DNA from: Chiloscyllium plagiosum
Lineage: Eukaryota
DNA: 63,048 bases
Direction of reading: 5' to 3'
Assembly (NCBI RefSeq): GCF_004010195.1
Contig: NC_057719.1
Coordinates: 55,877,014-55,940,061, forward strand
Made by a program: the position numbers and the translations under genes. A model generated the notes under the pieces. It did not search any database. It was not told the origin of the DNA and saw only the letters and a program-made list of their open reading frames with translations. Shown piece by piece: positions 49,611 through 62,143 of the stretch (positions are counted from its first letter, which is position 1; each line of letters starts with the position of its first letter).

Positions 49611-50045
49611 TATCATTAAGATTCTACCAGATTGTCTATGTATTGCAGATTACATTGCAATCCCTTGAAAGACTACACGAGTATGAAACGAATCTCCACC
49701 AGCTCGTGACAGCAGCAAAGAAACATTGTATTAATTTCAACAATTAAAAATGTCAAATCCACATGAACCAAATTAATTTATTCAGTTCAATCTACTCTTC
49801 AAATGATATTTAACCCTGGTCTTATCAACATAGAAGATATGCAGAAGTTATCTGCACCACAAGACAAAGGTAATTTACAAAGTTGACTCAGTTTCTTCAA
49901 CTCTTTATTCTCATATATGACAAATTTCTGGCCAAAGTCTCTCCTCTTTGAGATTTTATCTGTAAAGACACACCTTACCATGGCAGAAGGATCACCAGCA
50001 TATCTTCACTGTCTCAAAAATGGCTTATCATCAACAACGTGTCTT

Positions 50046-51792
50046 TAGAACATAGAACATAGAACAATTCAGCGCAGAACAGGCCCTTCAGCCCTCGATG
50101 TTGCACCAACCTGTGGACTTTTCTCAGCTCATCCCCCTACACTATCCCGAAACCATCGATGAGCTTATCTAAAGTTTGTTTAAAGCTCCCTGGTGTGGTT
50201 GAGTTGACTACCTTACCACTCTCTGTGTAAAGAACTTGCCTCTGACATCAGTCTTAAATCTATCAACCCTCAATTTGTAGTTTATGCCCTCTCATAAAAG
50301 CTGACGTTATCATCCTAGGAAAAAGTATTTCTCTGTCTACGCTATCTAATCCTCTGATCATCTTGTATGTCTCTATCAAATCCCCTCTTAGCCTTCTTCT
50401 TTCCAATGAGAACAGACCCAAGTCTCTCAGCCTTTCCTCATAAGACCTTCCCTCCAGACCAGGCAACATCCTGGTAAATCTCCTCTGCACCTTTTCCAAT
50501 GCTTCCACATCCTTTTTGTAATGGGGCGACAAGAACTGTACACAATATTCCAAGTGTGGCCGCACCAGCGTTTTGTATAGTTGCAGCATGATATTGAGGT
50601 TCCAGAACTCAATCCCTCTACCAATGAAACCTAACTCACCGTATGCCTTCTTAACAGCACTATCCACCTGGGTGGCAACTTTCAGGGATCTATGCACATG
50701 GACTCCAAGATCCCTCTGCACATCGGCACTTCCAAGAATCTTTCCATTGACCAAGTACTCTGCATTCCTGTTATTCTTCCCAAAGTGCATCACCTCACAT
50801 TTAGCTGCTTTGAACTCCATTTGCCACCTCTCAGCCCAATTCTGCAGTTTATCCAAGTCCCCTTGCAACCTGTAACATTCTTCCAAACTGTCCACTACTC
50901 CACCAATTTTAATGTCATCTGCAAATTTACTAATCCATCCACCTATGCCTGCGTCTAAGTCATTTATAAAAATGACAAACAGCAGTGGTCCCAAAACAGA
51001 TCCTTGTGCAACACCACTAGTAACTAGACTCCAGACTGAATATTTTCTATCAACCACCACTCGCTGCCTTCTTCCAGAAAGTCAGTTTCTAATCCAAACT
51101 GCTAAATCACCCTCAATCCCATGCCTCTGCATGTTCTCCATCAGCCTACCATGTGAAACCTTATCAAAGGCTTTACTGAAGTCCATGTATACCACGTTAA
51201 CTGCCCTACCCTCATCTACATGCTTGGTCACCTTCTCAAAAATCTCAATTAAGTTTGTGAGACACGACCTGCCCTTGACGAAATCATGTTGACTATCTGA
51301 AATCAAATTGTTGCTTGCTAGATTATTATAAATCTTATCTCTTATAATCCTTTCCTACAACAAAAGTAAGGCTCACTGGTCTATAATTACCTGGGTCATC
51401 TCTGCTGCCCTTCTTAAACAAGGGCACAACATTTGCAATCCTCCAGTCCTCAGGTACTAAACCCGTAGACAATGACGACTCAAATATCAAAGCCAAAGGC
51501 TCTGCTATCTCATCCCTAGCTTCCCAGAGAATCCTCGCATAAATCCCATCCGCCCAGGGACTTGTCTACTTTCACTCCTTCTAGAATTGATAACACCTGT
51601 GCGTAACTAACCTCAATCCTTTCTAGTCTAATAGTACCTTATTTTTCTCCTCTACAATATTCTCCTTTTCCTGAGTAAACACAGATGAGAAATGTTCATT
51701 TAGCACCTCTCCGATCTCTACAGGGTCCACACTCAACTTCCCACTTCTGTCTTTGACTGGCCCTATTCCTACCCTAATCATCCTTTCAATAT
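50046..51792 (-). mobile_element. CR1 LINE 3' 1.7 kb (RT domain)
   Basis: ORF 50263-51060 ([30 protein letters not shown]) and 51082-51306 (SQHDFVKGRSCLTNLIEIFE..YMDFSKAFDKV); (GTTCTAT)3 tail. Confidence 0.96.
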
Positions 51793-52192
51793 TATGATTC
51801 CTCAAAAGCACCAATTATGACAGCTCAAGTACAATATTTCAACATAGAGAGGAAAATTGTCACTCATTTTTTGAAAGAAAATAGTTTCACATGTACCCAT
51901 TTGACATACATTTCATTATTCATACTGGCCTTAAACCACTGGAAACCTTATATTGAAAGCCTCTCAGAAGTGCACATCCATGACTAGATAAGTTATATTA
52001 TTGCATAGATTCCGGATTGCAAAGGGAATGTACTTTTAAGACAGGTTGATGGCATCGCAACTTGTAATTTTTCACTTCTGTAGCCAGTACCATCATTATT
52101 TTTGGTTTTACAGTCACTGCATATTTGCTCTTCAATGTCAACAAACATGGAGCCCAAATAATGTTTAAGTGTCCCATAGCAAATCATACTCA

Positions 52193-52200
52193 CCGTCACT
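52193..52200 (-). other. Candidate microexon (5 nt TGACG or 8 nt AAGTGACG) of an unidentified minus-strand gene
   Basis: Minus strand: ~90-nt AG-free pyrimidine tract, then tttttgaatGAG AAG TGACG|gtgagtat (consensus donor), in unique sequence. Confidence 0.25.
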
Positions 52201-52909
52201 TCTCATTCAAAAAGAGAGATGAAAATCACAGAAAAAGAAGTAGAAGACAGTGAGAGAAACAAAAACAAGTCAATTGATAAAAGCATCAGAAAACTTAAGA
52301 AAAGAAATAGAAGTGGTAGGAACACAAGCAACAGGTAAGGGGTTGATTATATTCTCTAACTTACATTAGAAATCAAAAAAATTTTGAATAGGTCTTCCTT
52401 TTTAAGGCTTTAGTTTTAAAACTTCAGCAAAGCATAAGAGTAATGCAAAGAAAGACTTTCTGTTGCTCTGAAATGTAACTGCATGACAAAATGGGTAAGT
52501 GATTGAAAATGAAAGGAAGCATAAAGATGGAACTTTGCAATTCATAAACATTTAATACAATAAAGCACAAGTGAAGTGTGCCCAATATAAACTCAATTTA
52601 TACATCAATTTCTTCAAATTGTGTTTCATATGTTGTGATAGAAAAGAAAAGTTGTAATCTGATAATAATGAAATACATTTAATTTAATTTTTTTAAAACA
52701 AACACACTGCTTGACTTAAAAATTATGAGTTTTAATATAGATTCAGTGACATATCAAAGGTGTCAATTTTACTTATTTTTATTGTTATTTATGTTTCTTC
52801 ACTCTGACATTTAATTTGCTAACTTAAAAAATAATGTGCTTGCCAATATCTGTCCTTCAAGGCATCTAACAATTATTCCACTAATTAGCCAATAGTTCTT
52901 ATTTGTATT

Positions 52910-54905
52910 TAGGTATGGTTGACTCTTCATTGTCCCTGTATGGCCTAGCATGCTATTCAGGTGTAACAAACTGCTACAAAGCCTAAAGAAAGAATGCAAC
53001 TGGACAGACCACTTGGCATCAACTTAGACACTGGAAACAGCAACAGCAAACCCTGCCCTGTTAATCCTTAGAAGTCCCCCTTATGACCATCTGGGATTAT
53101 TGCCAAAATTGGGAAGGTTGGCCATAGGCTAGTCAAGAAGAATCATAGAATCCCTACAGTGTGGGAACAGGCCCTTCAGCCCAGCAAGTTCACATCGACC
53201 CTCTGAAGAGTAACCCACCCAGACCCATTCTCCTACACCCAATTACTCTACATTTACCCCTGACAGACAGTGTGAAGTTCTAAGGCTGGAACCGAACATG
53301 GGTCCCTGGCACTGTGAGGCAGCAATGCTAACCACTGAGCCATCATACCACCCCCAATAGCCTGGCATGGTTTTAGTCATGGAATCTTACAATGTCCCAG
53401 CCAAGGTGGCAGCACAATGCTGTACAGTCAGCAGGAAGTTGCCCCAAAATCCTTAATATTGACTCCAGACCCAACAAAGTCTGCTGGCATCAGTCAAGAC
53501 ATGGGCAAAAAATCCTTCTGCTAGTTGCCACCTGCTAGCCCCTGCTCCAAACTCCCCATTCCTCTGGATGATAGAGACATACAATCCAGAAGAAGCCCTT
53601 TGGCCCATCAAGTCTGCAGTAACTACACTGGATCTACACTATCCACACCAAGTCTCACTTTCCAATATTTGGCCCATAACATTGAATGTAATGACATTTC
53701 AGCTGTTTAACCAGGAACTTTTTAAAGATTGGGAGGATTCCTGCTTTAACTATCCTCCCAGGCAGTGCATTTTAGATTCCCAGCACCCTCTGAGTGAAAA
53801 CAAATCCTAAGATACTCTCTAAACCTCCTTCCTTTCACCTTAAAATTATGCAGTACTCAGAATCAGTACTTCTCCATGTTGAACTTCACTTGCAAGATAC
53901 GCCGAGTGCAGCAAGGGCACAGAATGCACTCTGATCAAAGAGTTCAAGAGTGAGAGACACATGACTGAACTGGTCCAGATTGAAAGGACAGAGCTCCTAC
54001 ACTGAGTTTGTGGCAGGTAGTGAGGAAACAAGCAGGAAAAAGCATACATGATCTCAGCCTAACCAATCTGCCTGTCATAGACGTGTCTATCTGTGACAAT
54101 ACCAATAGGAGTGACCACCACACAGTCAGTTTCGAGAAGATCATCTTAACATTGAGAATCCTTCATCATTTTGTGCAGGGTTACTACTACTGTAAATAGT
54201 GCAGACTTCAAACGATTAAGAACTTAAACCTGAGCAACCATGAGTTGTGGTGTGCATCAGTAGCAGAACTTCACTCAACCAAAATCTGTAATTGCGTGGC
54301 CTGGCAGATCCTCAATTCTCATACTCTATTAAGTCAAAGGATCAACTATGGTTCAATGAGGAGTGCAGGGGGGGCATGAGGGCATGCAATGAGGTATCAA
54401 TCTGTTGAAGCTACAGCACAGGATTACTCGCATGTAAAGATGGAAGCAGCATGCAATAGACAGCATTACGTAATCCAACAACCAGTGGATGAGACCCACG
54501 TATTGAAGAGTTTCAGTGGAGATTGCACAATGTTCAATACCACTTATGACTCCATTAATATTGAAGCCATCCATGTCAAAATGCTGGAAGACCCAGACAA
54601 CATCCAGGCTTGGGCTGATAAATGGTTGACTATTGCTATAAGAACAGATTAGAGTCTGGGAATTCTGCAGCAAGTGACTCACCTCATGTCATCCCATAGC
54701 ATGTCCAGATGGCACAAGTCAGGAGTGGGATAGAACGCTCTCTACCCACCTGGATGAGTGCAATTCCAAATATATTCAAGAAGCTCAAAACCACCCACAC
54801 AATACAGTCCACTTGATTGGCACCCTCTCCACCAATTTATTAATTCAATCTAATACCCATCTAATCTTGGAAATCATTTCCTAACAACATTGTGGATGTG
54901 CCTCC
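52910..54905 (+). mobile_element. Degenerate, deleted CR1-type family B copy with nested HE1 (53142-53355, -) and CR1 tail (53570-53848, -)
   Basis: The 5' region matches 19725-19930; endonuclease end DLSLTNLPVIDVSICDNTNRSDHHTV; DNIQAWADKW. Confidence 0.75.
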
Positions 54906-55817
54906 AGCATTCTGAATTGAATGTTGAATTCCCTCCATGATACATTGTTGTCCTCAATCCACCCCGACACTCCTTAATCTTCCTTCGAGACTTTTCTATC
55001 TCAAACCCAGGAGGTTTATTATCTTGCCCTTTAACCTTTCTTCACTACCCATAGCCCCAGACGCTCATCATAAGCCCTATTCCGATCCGAGTATTAAACA
55101 CTAGCCCAAGTTATTGCCCTTAGCACTCTAACGTTTTGTGTATGTGAGATGTGAAGTGCAACTAACAATGAATACCACAACAAATGGCTTATATCAGATT
55201 TATAGTTGACAGATCTATTGAATGGTGAAGAACAGATAGTGAGTTGGTGCATGACAGTGGCAACAGCAACCCCTACACTCTCAAAAAAAATGTGTAGGTA
55301 TTATCTTCTATAATCGTTCTATAACAAAATGGGAGCTATCACCAGAATAGATTTTTTGTAATGTGTGAAGTGGAGGCTTAAATAGATCTGACATAACATG
55401 GATAATGGGTTTGTCCAGCCATGATTCCAGTGGCAGTGATGCAAGCAGTATTTTTTTAATGGAAAAACCAAAGTGAAGGGCTAAGTGCAGAAGTCAATGT
55501 AATAAGGATATAGAAAGACAGATTCAATTACACCAAGCTGAGTTTAACTCTTGGACTTAAATGAGGTGAGGAGTTCCAAATTATTGATCTACATGGAAAG
55601 AGTGAGCTAATAGGAGACAATGTGAAGACTTCTGATTTCATATAGTGAGAATGTAAGAAGACAGCAGAGTATGTAAGAAGATGTATTTGGAACTTACAAA
55701 GAATAATAACAGAAACTTTAAAGGAGCACTGCATTAGGAAAATGAAACGGCAATTAGTGACAGTGTGAGAGATGCTGACAGCATATCATAATAAGGTTTT
55801 CTTATGTTGTGACCAGA

Positions 55818-56022
55818 CACAGGTTTGATTCTAGCCTCTGGTGACTGTGTGGAGTTTGCACATTCTCCCCGTGTCAGCGTGGGTTTCCTCCGGGTGCTCC
55901 GGTTTCCTCCCACAGTCTAAAGCTGTACAGGTTAGGTGAATTGGCCATGCTAAATCGCCCATAGTGTTAGTCAGAGGGAAATGATTCTGGGTGGGTTACT
56001 CTTCGGACAGTCGATGTGGACT
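55818..56022 (+). mobile_element. HE1-type V-SINE, truncated
   Basis: Intact V-domain gtgtggagtttgcacattctccccgtgtc... Confidence 0.9.
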
Positions 56023-56779
56023 TTGTAAAAACCTGAGAGTTAATTAAGAGAGATCATATATTTGACATGAAAAGATAATTTCATGAAGATAGTAGAAGCA
56101 ATAAAAGTAATGAGGGAAATGCATATGATGCAACAGAAGGAAATGGCCGAGAGTATTGATACATGATCAAGGATTAAGATAGAAGCCTCAAATGTGTGAT
56201 AACTGTGGGCTCAACTGTAAAGGCATGAAGAGGCCGGAGTAAATTCTCTTCTTCAGCTTAGACTTTTATGTGTCAAAAGTAGTAAAGATGAAACATTTTC
56301 CTCAAAAAAATATAAAGCACTGAATGAAATAAGCTTTTCATTGTTCCATGTCAGAGCAGGAAAAAATCAATAGCTGTGAAAGGACTGGAGTCAGTGTCCA
56401 CCAAAGGCATATGATCCAAAAGAAATTGATGAATATGGTTTGGCACACTATTAACAAAAATGAATGGGATGGATTCAGAAACTCAATAGTATGAGAAAGA
56501 AAAGAATGGTGAGGAAAATGTCCTGAGATAATCTTATGATAAATATATATTTTATATATATATAGTAATTTGGGCTCTGATTTTAAAATGGAGATAGATG
56601 GATTTTGTTCAGTTTTGTGAAGGGTTTTAAAAGATGATTTAAAGGTCAGAAAGTCAATTTGGAACAGTGATCTGAATACAAAAGTTCCAAGAAGGAATAT
56701 TAGTGCTGCAGAGTATCTGGGACAACTTTTGCAGAATTAATGGATAAGATGTTTATAATGTTGGGTCTATGAAAGGCAG

Positions 56780-57311
56780 AAAAAAACACATTAAGGCAAT
56801 GAGTTTGGTTTTGACTTCAGAACAAATGTGCAAGTTTTAGTTCAGAAGAAAGAGTCCAGTTCAGAAAAGAGCAGCAGAACAGAGATGTTCATTTCAATTC
56901 AGTGGAATGAGTCACCTCAACAAAAGTCTGTTGAGCTTCCAGGACTGGATAAAGGTCTTCAAGTTATTAGAACGGTATTAGTTTAGTCCATCAGAATTAT
57001 GAGAGATTTATGCCAGAAGATTTGGAGAGGAATCATTAAAAACTGGTCTCAGTAATACAAGGTTTAAAAAGCTGAGATATAAATGATATTCCTTTGGGAT
57101 AGAGTCTGTGTGTCAGATGGTAAGGGGAAGCAGATTGAAACTTTGTTTTATGTTTGTGTAAAGGGCTTTCTAACTGTCGTGTAAACTTATCCTGCTTTTC
57201 TTTCTTCCTCTGTAATAAACTTGTGTTCTTTTGTTAAAGAACATTCACAGCCTGATGTGAATATTTTTCAATGGCAAACCACCATTATTAACATCAGATG
57301 AAATCATAACA
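56780..57311 (+). mobile_element. Probable LTR (3' end ...ataaca)
   Basis: Non-coding, with aataaa at ~57213, a T-rich context and a terminal atcataaca. Confidence 0.35.
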
Positions 57312-57877
57312 ACCTTGAACTGGACAACAATTGATATTTATGAAAAATACTTTTAACATAGGGTTGCCCAAACCTTTCCATGGAGAGCCACATTTTAAAT
57401 TTTCTGGGGGTGGGGTGGTGTCATTGAATAAGTTTCACAACTGCATGGTTTGCCACAACAATAAATATAATGTTCAGAAAATACAATTGCAAAGCAATAT
57501 GTTTGTCATATGAGTTATTAATAAAAACAACAATTAAGATGCACCAAAAAGCACAGCACATTATTACAAGATATATTTTTACATTTTTGGATGGAAAGCA
57601 GAACTTGAGATTGAAAAAGGAAAGGCCCAAGTCTTGATCAGTAGGAAAGATGTGGAGATCTGTTTGAGCTAATGAATTATGTTTAACTAGCACTAAAATC
57701 AAACAAAGAACTGCAAACACTGGAAACTTGAAACTAAAATGGAAATTGCTGGAAAATGTAAGCAGGATTGGCAGCATCCGTGTAGAAAAAGCAAATGTTA
57801 TGGTTTCGAATCCAGTGATCCTTATTTTTACTTCTGCCCTCTGGCCCTGGTTCACTTCTAATGAGGCAAACCCTCAC

Positions 57878-58050
57878 AGAGTCATAGAATCACAACGTGG
57901 AGTCATAGCATTGAAAAAGGCTCTTTGGCCCATTACATCCATGCTGGATAAAAACAACTGCCTAACTATTCTAATCCCATTTTCCAGCACTTGGCCCATA
58001 GTTTTGTCTGCCTTAGCATTGCAAGTATTCATCTAAATGCTCCTTAAATA
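57878..58050 (-). mobile_element. CR1 3' tail fragment
   Basis: agagtcatagaatc..ggctctttggccca..cccattttccagcacttggcccatag. Confidence 0.7.
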
Positions 58051-59119
58051 TAGCTGACTTCAGTGGAATTTGTGGGGATTGGAAGTAGGTTACCTTTCAG
58101 CTTGGCATTTCCACCACTTCAGGTTGCTTTGCAATTAGACCTTTTGTTAGATTTTGAGGATTTGTGACCACAGTTACCTAAGCACAAACAGTTGACCATT
58201 TGTAACAAATTTTCAGTTAGTTTATTAAGTTTATTCAGAAGCAACACACGATTAATTAGACAAAAAACTGTGACAATTAAAGATGTGTCACTGACACCAG
58301 AAGGCTGTTGGCATGGAATGTATTGATCTCATTAAAATTGTGAAGGCTGTGAATATTCTGCTCTGTAGCTGAAGTTTTAAGGAATTCTTCACTCAATATA
58401 TCTAGTCCATTTCTCATCCACAGAATATAGCTCCATAATGAGGAATGACCCTGAGAAGGACTGCCAGGTACGGACTGTCCTCTGAACTTGTGCACTTAAT
58501 GATGTCCTTTATTTCTAGGGACTTGATATTTATTTTGTGTCAAGCACTTATCTGTATTATTTTGGCCAATGACCATGGGAGCTATTCATGACATCAGAAT
58601 GTCTGTTGCCCTTTGCCTGCCTTCAGGTGAAGGTTAGTCTATCATTCTTTCCAAGAACGAAATGTTTGATTTTCCTAAACTCTTCTTTGATAATAGGGTA
58701 CATGTGGCACTTGATGTCAATTCTCTGGAACACATTGACCTGAACATTGTTGTGACCTTTCCTTTTGACCTTATTTGGAAAGCTAGTTACTGATATAACA
58801 GCAGTGAACTAGGATCCACTGCTACACACTAAGTATTACAAAAATACACTTTTAAAGGGACTCCAATTTCCAACGATCCCCTTTGAGAAGGAGACATCCT
58901 TATTGAATTTTCACAACTATTTAACTGATCTATTTATTTCTAAAGTACAAGCACGGTTCCCTAATTTCTTGATTATATAGTTTCAGATACCATTCTAAAG
59001 CTATTAAAATGGTTAATATCAAGCTTTTGGGTGGCTACTAAACTGAAATAACTGCACAGAAGGCAGCCAGCTTGGAATCAGTCCCTAAACCGAGGAGTTT
59101 CTCGACCTCCTGGTTATAT

Positions 59120-59610
59120 TGTTTTTTTTATTAAACTGTAGAAAAATACAAACAAACAGCAGTCAAGAATAAACAGTAGTTTATAGGGGAAAGGGGCAGC
59201 AAGGCCAAACTCCAAACCCCACTGTACAACCAATTCACAGAGAAATGCGGATGAACCCCAGATCCCACCTTAACTCACCAAAGAGGAAGCAGTAGACACA
59301 AACACATACAAAACAGTCTGATCAACCGAACAATAAAACAAGGCACATTACACAGACACCACTGGTGAACCAGCAAACGACACCCCCTCCCACCTTCCGG
59401 CCACTCAAAGGCAGCCCGCCCCATGTCCCTTCTGGCTCTCAGTCCACCACGCCCTTCTGGTCACCTCCAAGATAGCCCGTCCTGTTATTGCCCGGGAAGA
59501 CAGCAATCAGGAAGGCCTATCCACCTTCTGGCTTCCCAGATCACCCCACACGCCTTCCAGCCACCTCTAGGACAGCCTTCCCGGGACGCCAGCACCTCCT
59601 TGATATTTTC
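59120..59610 (-). mobile_element. Poly(A)-tailed LINE 3' end, probably Tx1/L1 clade
   Basis: The rc ends tttaataaaaaaaa after a T-rich UTR; upstream degenerate IKEVL..GYL..DQKG..EGTWG/RAAFEW. Confidence 0.5.
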
Positions 59611-59611
59611 C

Positions 59612-59735
59612 TTACCTGTGTTGGCTATAATGCGATTCCAGGCCCATTAGTTTAAATGGCGCGGCTATTGCGCGATTTTCTTAAAACAGAAGATCACACG
59701 AAAACAGAATTATCTGTTATATGAGAATCAATTGT
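59612..59735. mobile_element. Possible Tigger-like MITE end
   Basis: CpG-rich gctataatgcgattcc..gcgcggctattgcgcgattttc..gttatatgagaatcaattgt; no partner TIR found. Confidence 0.3.
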
Positions 59736-60203
59736 GTCAGCTCAAACCAATTGCAGTCTTCCAACCTTTGAATTTTTTCTCCTATTACTTTGATCTGTTG
59801 GATCATTTTAACCAGATGATCTTTGGAGGTATTGGTCTTATCTATGATTCATTTGAATGTTAGCAGTATTGGGGACATGGGTAGGCAATTAGAGAAACAG
59901 CGACAAAATCCTTATTCTGCTTGGAGATATTTGCAATCACACTGTGATGTAATGTATGGATACAGGGATCAAGAAGTGACTTCCTATCTTAGTTACATCA
60001 CTGGGTTGAAAGCAGAATGTAAGCTTCCCAAGAGAGCAAATGTCTCTCCAGGTTTCATTTTCCTGGCACGAATTATGATGCAATAGGTCCCCATCTGGAG
60101 ATAAACGTACTGTGCACTATTTTCACCCCAGTTTAGACATTCACGTCACAAATAGATTCATGATAAAGCTTCAGGCCAGATACCTGGATTTCCACTTCTA
60201 TAA

Positions 60204-60520
60204 GGGGCGGCACAGTCGCTCAGTGGTTAGCAGTGCTGCCTAACAGCGCCAGGGACCCAGGTTGGATTCCAGCCTTGGGCGACTGCCTGTGTGGAGTTTG
60301 CACATTCTCCCTGTGTCTGTGTAGGTTTCCTCCGGGTGCTCCGATTTACTCCCACAATCCAAACATGTGCAGGTTAGGTGAATTGGCCGAGCTAAATTGC
60401 CTGTAGTGTTAGGTGCATTAGTCAGAAGGAAATGGGTCAGAGGGTGGGTTAATCTTCAGAGGATCAGTGTGGACTTATTGGGCCGAAGGGCCTGTTTCCA
60501 ACACTGTAGGGAATCTAATC
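60204..60520 (+). mobile_element. HE1-type V-SINE
   Basis: Full head, V-domain and tail. Confidence 0.95.
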
Positions 60521-60587
60521 ATAACAGCACGAGTAAATCCCTCTCCTTTCTGACCAAAGTGCAGTGTAATTGGTACTATTTCATACC

Positions 60588-60893
60588 ATAACCCTACAGT
60601 ATGGAAACATTCCATTCGGCCCATCAAGTCCACACCTAAGAGTATTCCATCCAGAACCCATCCCTCACCCTATCCCTGCATTTACCATGCCTAATCTACC
60701 TAGCCTGCACATGTCTGGCCCAGTATGGGCAATTTCAGCATGGCCAATCCACCTAACCTGTGTATCTTTTAACTGTGGAAGGAAATCCAAAGAGACACAG
60801 GGAGAACATGCAAACTCCACACAGAAAGTCACCTGAAGAATCGAACCAAGGTCCCTGGTGCTGTGAGGTACTAATGCTCACCACTGAGCCATT
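60588..60893 (-). mobile_element. HE1-type V-SINE (older subfamily)
   Basis: rc V-domain gcaaactccacacaga and head ctgtgaggtactaatgctcaccactgagcc. Confidence 0.85.
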
Positions 60894-62007
60894 AGCCGGT
60901 CACATCTCACATCATGGTATAATTGTTTATGGGTATTGGTGACATTGATGAATTTACTGACCCCTTTTGCACTTGCGGACACTTTCTTGTTTTGACTTCA
61001 TTCCCCCTTGGTCTCCTTATTTTGTTTTGTTTTCCTTTATCTTCATATCAAGTTGTTGGATTTCTCCTTCTCTTCCCTCTGGTTCCACAATGAAAGTATC
61101 CTGGCATCCTATAATAACTTTGGTTCTTGCTAGGTAGTTATGATACATTCAATTACAGCAACAGATTTTGCACAGACTTAAAAGATTCTCCAGCTCTCCC
61201 TTCACCTTTACCATCTCGTGGATATTTCCTGTCAATTATTTTCACCTTTCGCCTCCAACTGACCCAAATGAAAATCTTCCTATCCCCACCCAGTGCCACA
61301 AATACCACTTTGATTGTTTTAAAGTCAGTTTGTGACTGGATTATCTTTTAGAACCTTGATAATTTAAAATATATTTTCTTGTTCTTCAGGCCACAATAAC
61401 CATTTCGTCAAGTCAGGATGCATATCTGAGACCCATTCATCAGTGTATTTTCATCATATATTCTCTCATGTTACTTACTTCAAAAGTGACAAATCACTTC
61501 TACATTCTTAATTGGTGTCCCAGTGTTGTGCCATACATTCTGGACTCCTTTAAGATGATCTTATTGAAAGGTCAAAAGTTAGGGAGGGAAGTGTATGCAT
61601 CTCCTCCCTATTTGGTGGTAAGTTTAAAACAGAGACTAAACATTGTTATATAGTTCCAAGCATTACCAAATTCTGCTTGTTTGTTCTTTCTTATAAATAT
61701 ATATAATTTTCTCCAAAGTGACTTATTAAATTATGCTCAACTTTTCCTTCTTTCACAATTATCCCAAATTCGAATATGGCAAGAACATTCTTGAGGGAAT
61801 CTTTTTATGTATTGTCTAACCGGCGATATTGGGCCGACAAGTTTTCGTCATGGTCGGTTAATTTGTTCCCAAACAACCTTGGCCATTTTTGTTACAAATT
61901 AGAAGCACTAAGGCTGTTTCCATTGAAGTTAATTTTATTTTATGATTTTAAGTTTTAAATTTGTTTGTTTTCATAAATTTCCCTTTGAGGACTTCAGACA
62001 GCAACGT

Positions 62008-62143
62008 CTAGGTAAAAACAATGACTGCAGATGCTGGAAACCAGAGTCTAGATTAGAGTGGTGCTGGAAAAGCACAGCAGTTCAGGCAGCATCCGAGGAT
62101 CAGTAAAATCGATGTTTCGGACAAAAGCCCTACATCAGGAATA
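62008..62143 (-). mobile_element. Penelope terminal-repeat fragment
   Basis: Near-identical to 31679-31811. Confidence 0.85.

Larger units (their letters stand above)
46513..51995 (+). mobile_element. Ty3/Gypsy LTR-retrotransposon internal fossil (gag, protease, RT, RNase H) split by nested insertions
   Basis: gag HRVEF..TDQFITRCRYKATKCDF (46530-46625); protease KLTAY..ETFYIAEAASPVIISLP (47590-47730); RT GTLCACLDPRQL..HKIPTLKEL (48032-48160), KNGF*SI..ELTT..FSRYCFLRLPFRLSVSQD (48475-48620) and IADYIA..NLHQL..FNN*KCQI (49640-50045); RNaseH YFNIERK..FHMY..HTGLKPLE..KPLRSAHP*L (51800-51990). Confidence 0.88.

Noticed and set aside
50263..51060. 265-aa reverse-transcriptase ORF as a functional or domesticated gene
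   Set aside because: It is an ordinary 5'-truncated CR1 copy with frameshifts on both sides and a typical tail.
52217..52340. + strand exon MKITEKEVEDSERNKNKSIDKSIRKLKKRNRSGRNTSN ending CAG|gtaagg
   Set aside because: The open frame is explained by purine richness (complement of a pyrimidine tract), the acceptor is weak and the peptide is unrecognised.
55200..56700. Possible retroviral/Gypsy gag remnant (CDNCG knuckle-like at ~56192)
   Set aside because: Only one partial motif in purine-rich sequence; insufficient support.
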